A stretch of 64,000 nt of DNA from Candidatus Poseidoniaceae archaeon (GTDB taxonomy: Archaea > Thermoplasmatota > Poseidoniia > Poseidoniales > Poseidoniaceae), in contig JAOMOG010000005.1 in the NCBI GenBank assembly GCA_028353405.1, positions 13,763 through 77,762 of the forward strand, given 5' to 3'. Below are positions 27,890-37,195 of this stretch, one piece after another. The notes under the pieces are model-generated. The model was not told where the DNA came from and did no database searches. It saw nothing but the letters and a program-made list of their open reading frames with translations. A program made the position numbers and the translations under genes. The first letter of the stretch is position 1. The number at the start of each line of letters is the position of its first letter.

Positions 27890-30699
27890 TCGACTAACCA
27901 TTGTTGGCCATAATAGTTCCATTGTTCCATAGTCCAACCAACAGGAATGCCTTCTGGAGGGATTGCTGGCCCTACTACTGGTGTAACAGCCTGCGGTGCA
28001 GCAAGTTGTACAGTTGGAGCTGTTACAGAAGGAATCATCGAAGGTGCTGAAGATGGACTCCAAAGGTGTTCATCTTTTGATATTGCACTCCCCTTAGATT
28101 TGCGCACTATTATCCAAGTTACTGGAATCAATGCAAAGATAGCAACCATGACCCACAACCAGACTTTTTGGTAAATCGCTTCTTCAACAGTTCGTTTTGC
28201 ATCCTGTGGATAAAAGTCTTGTTCATCTGAAACACCATCTCCATCACTATCAAGGCAGCCAATACGGTCAACGCTGGAATATCCTTCAACCAATGGACAA
28301 TCGTCACTGAGGTTGGTCGCAGATTGATCTGCGAACCCATCACCATCTGTGTCTGACCAGATACGAATGTCATTTGGCCATGAATCTTCAACATCATATA
28401 CACCATCACCATCAGCATCTGGGCAACCTTGTGAGCCATTTGTTGAGGTTCCATATTGTGTTGGACAAGAGTCGCCCCTGACCCCTTCAACCCTATCACC
28501 AAATCCATCTAAATCGTAATCATCCCACTGACTTGACTCGTTTGGTAAAGCATCTCCTTCATCAGAACGGCCATCACCATCAGTATCCAGGCAACCTAAT
28601 CGGTCAACAATTGATGTTCCAAAGACATCTGGACAATCATCATAGTCATTTCCAAACGGTTCATCACCATAGCCATCACCATCGCGGTCAAACCATTGAG
28701 TCTGATCAGAAGGAAAAGCATCAGCACCGTCTTCAGCAGTGTATGATGTGCTTGGGTCTGACCATCCGTCACCATCAGAATCGCGGCAACCAAGGCGGTC
28801 ATTGAGTGACTCGCCGGCAAGAGAAACACAACCATCTGGATCATTTCCATCTGCATTATCACCATAACCATCTTCGTCAACATCACTCCATTGAGTACTA
28901 TCATAATCGAAAGCATCAACGCTTTCTGCCCAGCCATCGCCGTCTAAATCAGTACATCCTAGCACGCCACCTTGACTGGAAGTGCCCGAAATCTTTGGAC
29001 AATTATCATTTACGTCTAGATAACCATCTCCATCATCATCAAAGTCTTCTGTGGAATCTTCGCAACCATCTCCATCAATATCATTACCTTGGAATGAAAC
29101 AAAACCAAGCGTACCTAAAGGACACATATCCTGACCACGCACACCTCTGCTACAATCAATACTCGGCCCGCCAGTATCGCACATACCATCATCATCATCA
29201 TCATAATCTTCATCCAAGTCTCGGCAGCCATCAGTATCGTAATCGTTTAGATTATCGCTGGCCCAATTGAGCATTCCTTTGCTGCAACGATCATCGACAT
29301 CAAGAACAGCATCATCATCATCATCAAAATCTTCACTTAAATCATTACAACCATCCGAATCATAATCGGTTGACAACTGCGAAGTCCAATCTAGTACACC
29401 AAGTTCGCAATCATCATCAACGTCGAGTATTCCATCATTGTCATCATCTGAGTCACAGACATCACCCAAACTATCCAAATCATGATTCTCTTGCCCATAG
29501 TTTTGGATGTCTGGACAATTATCGACAACATCGGCAACACCATCGCCATCAGTATCTGTCCGAGGGTCGATTCTAACGACTTCATCCTGCCCGTTATCAA
29601 CATAGTAGAGGTGACCATTTGGACCAATTTCTAGGCCCATGATAGATGAAGCTGAAGTTTGCACCGAACCAGCTTCAACCGCACTCTTGCCATTGGTGGC
29701 CAAGTCGTATGCAATAATCCGACCATTGCCGTTAAGGGAGACGAACAGTTGATCTCCATCGAGTGCAATTCCAGAAGGTCTGTCAAGACCAGTCGCTAGA
29801 ACGCCCCATTCGACGCCAGTAATATCTGAGTATTCTTGGAGCGGCTCTAATCGAGTAGATTCACTCATGATGTTTTGTGTGTTGTAAGAGGTATCATCAG
29901 TATTGACCCACAGAACACGGTTTGCACCAGCATCCGCAATGTAAAGAATTCCTGAATCTTTGTCCAAAACCATGTGGCCAGGGACCCCATAAGCATGCGT
30001 AAGTGAGATATCAGCGTAACGACGAACAATTCCATCGGAATGGTCATCTTCACCGGTATCGTGGTCAGCTTGGAAATCATAGTAAACCAGTTCACCATAG
30101 TATCCGTCATTGTACCAATATGAATTTCCTGAATCGTGAGCAATACCTACGCCATAAGGAGATTCATGGTTCATGTCAATGTGACTGCCAAGAAGACCGT
30201 TACCATTATTTTGATTTTCGACTGCAAAATGGCTAAGGGAAGATGGCCATAGGGTGGGCCCCATGAAATTATTTGGAGAACCCTGTCCACAGAAAGTATT
30301 CCTCGTTTCTTGAGCAGAACCCCATTGCCAATCAAATTCTGGATGGTACGCTCCAAATGCAATAGCACTCACTTCTTCGAGAAAGTGATTTCTATTCGAA
30401 TCTTGCCGATTCTCGGAGGTTTGATTTTCTAATCCTGTGTCATGGATGATAGTGATGCTGTCAGTGGCGCGATTCGCCACCCACAATTCATTTGCTCTAC
30501 CCGGGTGGAATTCAAGATCGCGTGGGTCTGAGAGGGAGTCGGAATAATCGGCGATTACTACTTCGTCGAAGCCAACTCCAAATTGTGGAACTACTGAATC
30601 GCCCGCGTTTCCCATAGCATTAGATGGCAGGAAAAAAAGCATAATCATTAGAAGAACAAGACCAACTCGTCTATTTGCCATGTGTAATGCAAAGCGCAT
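27874..30699 (-). CDS. large surface protein: N-terminal beta-propeller-like region, thrombospondin type-3-like Ca-binding repeats, C-terminal TM anchor
   Basis: Signal peptide (MANRRVGLVLLMIMLFFLPSNAMG). At least 5 tandem ~55-aa units of GC-D-DGDG-...-W-D-D-DGDGYGD-...-CP. C-terminal TM VWLWVMVAIFALIPVTWIIV. Start is either 30699 or 30681. Confidence 0.7.
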   Translation of the reverse strand: MRFALHMANRRVGLVLLMIMLFFLPSNAMGNAGDSVVPQFGVGFDEVVIADYSDSLSDPRDLEFHPGRANELWVANRATDSITIIHDTGLENQTSENRQDSNRNHFLEEVSAIAFGAYHPEFDWQWGSAQETRNTFCGQGSPNNFMGPTLWPSSLSHFAVENQNNGNGLLGSHIDMNHESPYGVGIAHDSGNSYWYNDGYYGELVYYDFQADHDTGEDDHSDGIVRRYADISLTHAYGVPGHMVLDKDSGILYIADAGANRVLWVNTDDTSYNTQNIMSESTRLEPLQEYSDITGVEWGVLATGLDRPSGIALDGDQLFVSLNGNGRIIAYDLATNGKSAVEAGSVQTSASSIMGLEIGPNGHLYYVDNGQDEVVRIDPRTDTDGDGVADVVDNCPDIQNYGQENHDLDSLGDVCDSDDDNDGILDVDDDCELGVLDWTSQLSTDYDSDGCNDLSEDFDDDDDAVLDVDDRCSKGMLNWASDNLNDYDTDGCRDLDEDYDDDDDGMCDTGGPSIDCSRGVRGQDMCPLGTLGFVSFQGNDIDGDGCEDSTEDFDDDGDGYLDVNDNCPKISGTSSQGGVLGCTDLDGDGWAESVDAFDYDSTQWSDVDEDGYGDNADGNDPDGCVSLAGESLNDRLGCRDSDGDGWSDPSTSYTAEDGADAFPSDQTQWFDRDGDGYGDEPFGNDYDDCPDVFGTSIVDRLGCLDTDGDGRSDEGDALPNESSQWDDYDLDGFGDRVEGVRGDSCPTQYGTSTNGSQGCPDADGDGVYDVEDSWPNDIRIWSDTDGDGFADQSATNLSDDCPLVEGYSSVDRIGCLDSDGDGVSDEQDFYPQDAKRTVEEAIYQKVWLWVMVAIFALIPVTWIIVRKSKGSAISKDEHLWSPSSAPSMIPSVTAPTVQLAAPQAVTPVVGPAIPPEGIPVGWTMEQWNYYGQQWLVDQGRV

Positions 30700-30832
30700 T
30701 CTGTTTTCATACCTTGCTAAGGTTGACAACACGATAGTCAGCACAACAATTCTCACATAAGAATTATATTCATGAAATGCACTAATGTTCAGTGAGAGCC
30801 GGCAACAAGTTTAACGCCTAATTTTTGTATTA

Positions 30833-31276
30833 TTGCACATGGAAGGAGCCAGCAACCAGCCCCCAAACGAAACCCCCTCACCCCTTTTTGTCGGGAATAT
30901 AGCCTCATCAACATCAATCTCCGCAGCGAGCCCACTGGAAAATAATCAAGCCGCCAGCATAATATCTCAAAGCGGTTGGATATACTCAAAGGCGACATTT
31001 CGCAAGTTTTACCTCGTACCTTCCTTGCTTTTTTCCGTACCAGGTCATATTGCAGTATTTGGGTCTATTTTCTTTAACCCCCTCGAGGAAACCGGAATAA
31101 TAATGTGGGCCCTTTCACCCATAGTGGCCATTATCATTTTACTCCTTCTTCTAATCATTGGAATTAGTAAAAAAAATAAAAGCGTTATTTATGCAGTATT
31201 GGCTGGAGCAATTACTGATACGATTATTTGGTTTGGCACAATATTTTACTATCTCGCTTTCACTGGCGGTTGGTGA
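30833..31276 (+). CDS. hypothetical membrane protein
   Basis: 147-aa ORF with three predicted TM helices after a Ser/Pro-rich N-terminus. Confidence 0.3.
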   Translation: MHMEGASNQPPNETPSPLFVGNIASSTSISAASPLENNQAASIISQSGWIYSKATFRKFYLVPSLLFSVPGHIAVFGSIFFNPLEETGIIMWALSPIVAIIILLLLLIIGISKKNKSVIYAVLAGAITDTIIWFGTIFYYLAFTGGW

Positions 31277-31312
31277 GATCCACTCAAAGATCAGTAAAAA
31301 CCTGTAAACAAA

Positions 31313-31663
31313 TCATTCTTCTTCAGAATCGTCTTGCATTCCTGCGAACGCAGCACGAAGTTCTTCAACATCAATACGGTTGTCTTCATTAATGTCAAAG
31401 GCTTTGATAATTGATGAGACTTGACCAGGTGAAAGGGATTCTCCAACTAGTGATTGTAGTCCTTTGTGTAACTCAGGTCCGTTGATAGAGCCATCAGAAT
31501 CTCCATCTATTTGTGCAAATAAAGCGTCAACTGAAAGGTCATTCTCTTCTAAACAAGTTGCAAGTTTTTGCATTGAATCATTTAGTGTCCATTGTTGTTC
31601 ATCATCAGGTGACGTGTCGCTCATATCCTTTGACAATAGACCTAAACCAATAACTCTTTGCAA
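31313..31663 (-). CDS. EF-hand calcium-binding protein
   Basis: Two canonical EF loops: DGDSDGSINGPEL and DINEDNRIDVEEL. Acidic, 116 aa. Confidence 0.6.
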   Translation of the reverse strand: MQRVIGLGLLSKDMSDTSPDDEQQWTLNDSMQKLATCLEENDLSVDALFAQIDGDSDGSINGPELHKGLQSLVGESLSPGQVSSIIKAFDINEDNRIDVEELRAAFAGMQDDSEEE

Positions 31664-31687
31664 TATTAGAGAATCAACAGTATCCGA

Positions 31688-33466
31688 TTAATCGCTCAGA
31701 ATTTCTCCTGTTTGAACAGCCCATAAGCGAGCGTAAATACCACCTAAACCTACTAATTCTTGATGCTCACCACTTTCGACTATTTTTCCGTCATCAAGAA
31801 CAATAATTCTGTTTGCATAACGAATCGTTGAAAGGCGATGTGCGATGATCATAGTAGTTCTATTATCGGAAATTTTTGCTATGGATCGTTGTAATGCAGC
31901 TTCGGTTTCATTATCTACAGCAGATGTGGCCTCATCCAAAATCAACAATGCAGCATCCTTGAGAACAGCCCTTGCAATAGCAATACGTTGCCGCTGTCCA
32001 CCACTCAAACGGTATCCGCCTTCACCAACCAAAGTATCCCATCCATTCGGCAATTGCTCTACAAATTCTCTTGCTTCAGCAACATCCGCCGCCGCCCAGA
32101 CTTCCTCATCAGTTGCATCTGCTTTACCATATCTGATATTATCTGCAATGGTGGTTGGGAATAATGTTACATGCTGATCTACTAATGAGATGTTTGAACG
32201 TAAAGACGGTAAAGTCCAATCTTGACTTGATTTACCAACCCACTCAATATTGCCTCCATCAATATCGGAAAATCTCAACAACAATCGCGTAAGTGTTGAT
32301 TTTCCAGCACCAGTAGCACCGACCACACCCAATGTCTGGCCAGCAGTAATTGTTAGATTTAAATCTGTGAATAATGGTTCTCTATCACTATAACAAAAAC
32401 TAACATTGCTCATCACAATATCTGATTTCCTAGCATCTTCTCTAGTGGCAACGAACTCGCCATCTACGATTTCTATTGGACTCTGTAGTAAATCCAAAAC
32501 ACGCGTACTACTAGCCATCGCTCTTTGATATAAATCAAATGTTTCACCAAGACGAGTAAGCGGCCAAAGCAATCTTTGAGTCATGAAAACCAAAACTGAA
32601 TATGCCCCGATAGCAAGAGATCCTTCTAATGTTAGCCAGCCACCAAGAAGTAGGGTTGCAGTAAATCCAACGAGAATTGCCATACGAATTAGTGGCGTAA
32701 AAGCTGCAGATAATCGAATTGCTTCCTTATTTGCCATCCTATACTGTTGACTTAATTCTCCAACCCGCTGAGCCTCTAGCGTTTCAGCAGTAAATGATTG
32801 AATTGTTGTCATTCCACTCAAATCATTTTCTAATAGAGCATTCATTTGCCCTGCAGCATATCGAACTTCAATATAACGCGGTTCCAATGATTTCTGATAG
32901 CGGAACGAGCCCCACAAAATAATAGGGATTGGAATAACTGCAAATAGTGCGACTTGCCAAGAAATAACCAGGAAAACAGTAGAGACGATTATCACAGTTG
33001 TAGCAACTTGTAAAATATCATTAGCACCCTTATCTAGGAATCGTTCAAGTTGGTTAACATCATCATTTAAAATCGCCAATAGATCTCCCTTTTGCCTCTT
33101 ATCGAACCATCCACTGCCTTGTTTTTGTATATGTTGAAAGGTTTCAATTCGCATTTCATGTTGAACGGTTTGCGCTAAGTTACGCCATAGAATAGCAAAG
33201 AAGTATTCGAATAAAGATTCAAGACCCCAAATAGCGAAAGTCAAAACCGAAAGGAAAATTAGTTGCTGCATTGGGTCGGCAATACCAAGAGTTCCCAAAT
33301 ACGAATTTTCCCTTAGAACAACAATATCAACTGCTAGGCCAATGAGTAGCGGTGGAGCCAAATCCCAAATCTTGTTTAGGATTGAGCAAAGACTTGCTAA
33401 GCGGACAGTGGATTTGTGCGGACGCATATAATGCATCAAGCGCGACAAAGGGGCTTCTCCGCTCAT
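31688..33466 (-). CDS. ABC exporter, fused permease/ATPase (MsbA/MdlB-like)
   Basis: Six-TM N-terminal half. Walker A GATGAGKST, signature LSGGQRQR, Walker B LILDEATS. Confidence 0.85.
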   Translation of the reverse strand: MSGEAPLSRLMHYMRPHKSTVRLASLCSILNKIWDLAPPLLIGLAVDIVVLRENSYLGTLGIADPMQQLIFLSVLTFAIWGLESLFEYFFAILWRNLAQTVQHEMRIETFQHIQKQGSGWFDKRQKGDLLAILNDDVNQLERFLDKGANDILQVATTVIIVSTVFLVISWQVALFAVIPIPIILWGSFRYQKSLEPRYIEVRYAAGQMNALLENDLSGMTTIQSFTAETLEAQRVGELSQQYRMANKEAIRLSAAFTPLIRMAILVGFTATLLLGGWLTLEGSLAIGAYSVLVFMTQRLLWPLTRLGETFDLYQRAMASSTRVLDLLQSPIEIVDGEFVATREDARKSDIVMSNVSFCYSDREPLFTDLNLTITAGQTLGVVGATGAGKSTLTRLLLRFSDIDGGNIEWVGKSSQDWTLPSLRSNISLVDQHVTLFPTTIADNIRYGKADATDEEVWAAADVAEAREFVEQLPNGWDTLVGEGGYRLSGGQRQRIAIARAVLKDAALLILDEATSAVDNETEAALQRSIAKISDNRTTMIIAHRLSTIRYANRIIVLDDGKIVESGEHQELVGLGGIYARLWAVQTGEILSD

Positions 33467-33575
33467 ACCCTGTCCTCAACGGCTTGTGCAATAAGACTCC
33501 CTTTTACCAATATTACAACCAATTACAGCAAAAGCCCTATTCAATAGAGAGCCAAGCCCACATTTAGGGTTGAAG

Positions 33576-34382
33576 ATGCGCCGAGACGATATGACCACTT
33601 TGCAGTATGTTACGAGGCCGTCTGAGCATTGCCGACACATCACACTCATCGACCCAGCAAGCCAATCTCCAGATGTTGCTGCAGAGCGAGTGATGGTAGC
33701 GATTGACTGTGGAACATCAATGATATTCGTAGGCGGCTCAACAAACACTCCTGACGCAATCGTACACGCGACTTGTGAAGCTATCCAAGAAGCCCTAGAA
33801 TTACGCGTCTTTGCTGCAAGCCAAAACCCCGAATGCGATGAAGAAGATAGCAAGATACCAGTCGTCTTATTCCCAGGTGGAGCCCATGCATTATCCCCAG
33901 CAGCCGATGCTATCACATTCATGATGCTGATGAATTCAATCAGTAGGAAATTTCTTGTTGGAGAACAAGTTAGAGGCGCCCCTCATCTGCACAAATTTGC
34001 AGTTGAAGCACTTCCCACCGGATATGTTGTTTGCGCACCGGGTGGAAAAGTCGGTGAAGTTGGTCAAGCAGAATTAATTCAAGAAGGTGATGTTGAATTG
34101 ATAAATGCCTATGCAAGGTGTGGGCAAATGTTCGGATTCAAACTGCTTTATCTCGAGGCAGGCAGTGGTGCTGATACACAAGTTGCCCCAGCCCTAATAG
34201 AGAGTGCAAAACAAGTTGAAGGTTTGACACTATTAGTTGGTGGCGGGATTAGAACTGGGGCACAGGCCAAGATCGCTGCACAAGCAGGTGCGGATTGGAT
34301 AGTAACTGGAACTCTAACAGAAGATGCAGCCGATTTGGCAGAATTACGTTCACGTTTGAGTGAAGTAATAGACGCGCTTTAA
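33576..34382 (+). CDS. geranylgeranylglyceryl phosphate synthase (PcrB/GGGPS family)
   Basis: HITLIDP near the N-terminus, YLEAGSG, and GGGIRTGAQAKIAAQAGADWIVTGT (phosphate-binding TIM-barrel end). The start is uncertain: 33570, 33576 or 33591. Confidence 0.75.
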   Translation: MRRDDMTTLQYVTRPSEHCRHITLIDPASQSPDVAAERVMVAIDCGTSMIFVGGSTNTPDAIVHATCEAIQEALELRVFAASQNPECDEEDSKIPVVLFPGGAHALSPAADAITFMMLMNSISRKFLVGEQVRGAPHLHKFAVEALPTGYVVCAPGGKVGEVGQAELIQEGDVELINAYARCGQMFGFKLLYLEAGSGADTQVAPALIESAKQVEGLTLLVGGGIRTGAQAKIAAQAGADWIVTGTLTEDAADLAELRSRLSEVIDAL

Positions 34383-34434
34383 GCAACCCTGGTAGCATTT
34401 GCTAGGAGTAAGATTTCTTACGCTATTATACTGT

Positions 34435-35199
34435 TCAGTAGCGTTGCTGTGAGTGCCAAAAACTACATTGATTGTTTTTGTTGGTTGGGTGCGGATTAAA
34501 CGAAGGCGCCCCTTCATTGGTTCTATTTGCACCATTTGGGCGGTAACTTGTCCAATCATGATTGCAACTTAGATAATACACGCGGAAAGGACGACGTTTT
34601 TTACCATGCCCCATCTTCTCTGCATTAACCCAGCCCTCATGCATCATAAGTCGTAGCGGGTCTCTACAGATTGGACAAAATGGATTTTGGTTTCGGATGT
34701 CTGCTTCGAGCTGTTTTGGATCCAGCATCCAATGGGATTGGTAAACATCATAGTGGGGTTGAGTGCTTAATTTCATCTTCCCGTCTTTGTTGCGCTCCCA
34801 TTCTCCAGGAATTTCAGTTTCTAAGAGAAACATAGCATCGCATACGGGAGATTTTACAGTCCCTATGTTTTTTTCCAAGACGGATTGACCGAATTTAGGA
34901 AAAAGTCGGCCTCTGATGGTGTAAGAAGCCTTGCGCATAGTAAATGTTGTCTCACCTAAAAATAAACTCGCCCCATCCGATTCTAACCATTTTTGGATAT
35001 TTTGTTTTTGTTTCTCTAGAGCCGCAAGACCAAAGCCAGATGGATAACAACTGTCGCAGTTCTCGCAATGATGGCCCCGTCCACGTGGTTCCATCCCCAA
35101 ACCTTCGTGTCCAAAATATAGATATGTTGCCCCACATTTCCCATTGGCATTACCAGGGTGTCTATCGCAACTACAGGGATGGTTAAGTATGGCTGGCAT
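34435..35199 (-). CDS. hypothetical Cys/His-rich protein
   Basis: 254 aa. N-terminal PCSCDRHPG...KCG...HHCENCDSC cluster. Later CPICRD and SCNHDW. No family recognised. Confidence 0.4.
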   Translation of the reverse strand: MPAILNHPCSCDRHPGNANGKCGATYLYFGHEGLGMEPRGRGHHCENCDSCYPSGFGLAALEKQKQNIQKWLESDGASLFLGETTFTMRKASYTIRGRLFPKFGQSVLEKNIGTVKSPVCDAMFLLETEIPGEWERNKDGKMKLSTQPHYDVYQSHWMLDPKQLEADIRNQNPFCPICRDPLRLMMHEGWVNAEKMGHGKKRRPFRVYYLSCNHDWTSYRPNGANRTNEGAPSFNPHPTNKNNQCSFWHSQQRY

Positions 35200-35253
35200 G
35201 GATTTGTTAAAAAATAAGACATATATATATTGGGTTGGTTGTATTTCAATTAT

Positions 35254-35826
35254 TCATGAAATTGATGCTCGCTTCAAATTACCAATTTTTTTGAATAAAA
35301 AATAGAACATTGCAATAAGAGCAATCATCACTATTATTGGAGATAATAATGCAAGTATGGTTAGAACTACGGCCGCAATCGCTTCAAAGATTGCAATTAG
35401 CGGATTTGCTAGGCCACCAGTTGTTCCAGTAGAAGCAGCTCTGGTAGCAACAGTTCCTATTTGTACAGTGCCTGCAGAACCCCCTCCAGCGATTAAAGCA
35501 ACAGTCCATTGTAACATCGGATCAAAATCACCGAGCATGGATGCGGATACAAACACTCCAGCAAGTGCTGCTGCAGGAGTAGCAACAACATCTAGCAAAT
35601 TATCAATCCATGGAATGAAATAACCACCGATTTCAAATGCAACTGCTGCGGATAAAATGGCAAAGGCACCCCAACTGTCTAACATTGCAAATTGACCATC
35701 TAATTCCATCCAATCAAGGTTAGCAGCGAGACTCATCATCGCTGGTGGTAAAAAAATACGAAATCCACAGGCAGCAGACAAACCAATTCCAACACTAACC
35801 GCAGAAATCAAAGACAAAAAGTCCAT
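35254..35826 (-). CDS. DUF4126-like integral membrane protein
   Basis: Gly/Ala-rich multi-TM ORF. Start set to MDFLSLISAV (35826), 1 nt after the upstream gene's stop. The family assignment is from memory. Confidence 0.45.
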   Translation of the reverse strand: MDFLSLISAVSVGIGLSAACGFRIFLPPAMMSLAANLDWMELDGQFAMLDSWGAFAILSAAVAFEIGGYFIPWIDNLLDVVATPAAALAGVFVSASMLGDFDPMLQWTVALIAGGGSAGTVQIGTVATRAASTGTTGGLANPLIAIFEAIAAVVLTILALLSPIIVMIALIAMFYFLFKKIGNLKRASIS

Positions 35827-35827
35827 C

Positions 35828-37093
35828 TCAATCCTCGTCCTCGTAGAGAACAGGGTCTCCTGAACCACCAGGGCTAGGAGGGCGAGGGCCATCAACATCG
35901 ATTCCCTCTTCGATTACAGTTTCATCAACACCAAGTTCAACGCGCCCACCTTTTGCAAGATGCGCCATATCATCGGTTTCAGGAGTTGATAGTGTTCTTT
36001 CAACATTCGGTGAATTAGCATACGCCTCTCGCTTAGCATCACGTGCATCTTGTTCACGAACAAGTGAGAGGGAGTCTGCGAAAACGCGTCCAACAACTTC
36101 TCTAGTACGTTCGCCCCGCTTAGCAGAATCAAGTTCAGACATCATAGCTTCGTTCTGCGTTTCTAATTCTCTGAATTCTGCAGTACGGTCGCCAAGTGCA
36201 GACTCAAAGTCCGCAATCGTCAAAGTCATCTGTTGAATTCTCTCATCTCTATCAAAGACATCACTATGGAGGCGACGCTCTCTCCTTCTCAGAGATTCAT
36301 ATTCTCGATTTCTTTCCAATAACCTTCTCTTCAGTTCCTCAATTTGCTCAACTAAATAATCGTGTTCAGCAGAAACCGAACGAGGCCCTTGCATTACTCT
36401 CTCGAGTTGTTCTTCTAATTCAGCCAATCTTGAATCTCTAGCATCAAGCAATCCACGCAAACGATCTGCGATATCTCGTAGCCGTTGACGTTCTTCTTCT
36501 AGAGCCGTGTTTGCAGCAGTCTCTACTTCATATTTTCCAGCCATATCATCAAGCTGTGATTTCAATGAACGAACCTCGTCCGCAGTAACTGAAGTCAAGC
36601 CGGCCTCAGCGGCTCTTTCCAAAGCTTCAACCATTTGAGAAATACGTCCTTCCATTTCACCAATCACTTCGTCTTGCTCATTCGACAAGTTTCGTAATTG
36701 ACTAACTTCCGTCTCCATAGATTCTCTTTCCTTCTGTGAAAGTGAAGATTGCTGACTTGCTAATTCCGCCTGGGTATCGGCGAGCACTCGTGATAGGTGA
36801 ACATTCTTTGCTTCAAATTCCTGAAGAGAAGACTCCGCATCATTTAGTCGCGCAACTTCCGGCGCAACCAAGTCCTCTCTTTCCGCCAAATCAAGTTCTA
36901 AAACTCGGATTCTTTGCTTTACAGAAACCAACTCATCATTGCGTCCAGCTAGTTCTTGCCAAGCGATGAGAACCTCTTCCACCAATTGGTCTTGAGGATA
37001 GCCGCGAAGCATCCCTTCGAGCACCGCTCGTTCATCTCCTGAAGCATCACTAATTCGTCCGATGCCACCCGCTGTTGAAGTTCCTAGCGTCAT
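35828..37093 (-). CDS. long coiled-coil protein
   Basis: 421 aa dominated by E/R/L/Q heptad-like sequence (e.g. LAELEEQLERVMQG, EEERQRLRDIADRLRGLL). Acidic C-terminal tail. Confidence 0.55.
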   Translation of the reverse strand: MTLGTSTAGGIGRISDASGDERAVLEGMLRGYPQDQLVEEVLIAWQELAGRNDELVSVKQRIRVLELDLAEREDLVAPEVARLNDAESSLQEFEAKNVHLSRVLADTQAELASQQSSLSQKERESMETEVSQLRNLSNEQDEVIGEMEGRISQMVEALERAAEAGLTSVTADEVRSLKSQLDDMAGKYEVETAANTALEEERQRLRDIADRLRGLLDARDSRLAELEEQLERVMQGPRSVSAEHDYLVEQIEELKRRLLERNREYESLRRRERRLHSDVFDRDERIQQMTLTIADFESALGDRTAEFRELETQNEAMMSELDSAKRGERTREVVGRVFADSLSLVREQDARDAKREAYANSPNVERTLSTPETDDMAHLAKGGRVELGVDETVIEEGIDVDGPRPPSPGGSGDPVLYEDED

Positions 37094-37195
37094 ACAATGG
37101 GCAATCGCCGCTCAACCACTCTTGAACTTTGCCAATAGAAACAGGCATTAGGAGGGGAGTTTGATACCCCTTGGCAACTATTCAACCTATCAAAT

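Noticed and set aside
28128-29627. His/Met/Gln-rich ORFs on both strands within the thrombospondin-repeat gene
   Set aside because: These are alternative-frame products of repeated GAT/GAC/GGT codons. The Asp/Gly repeat frame on the minus strand is the coherent one.
33476-33922. 148-aa minus-strand ORF spanning the ABC / GGGPS intergenic region
   Set aside because: It overlaps the well-supported GGGP synthase gene on the opposite strand and has no motifs.
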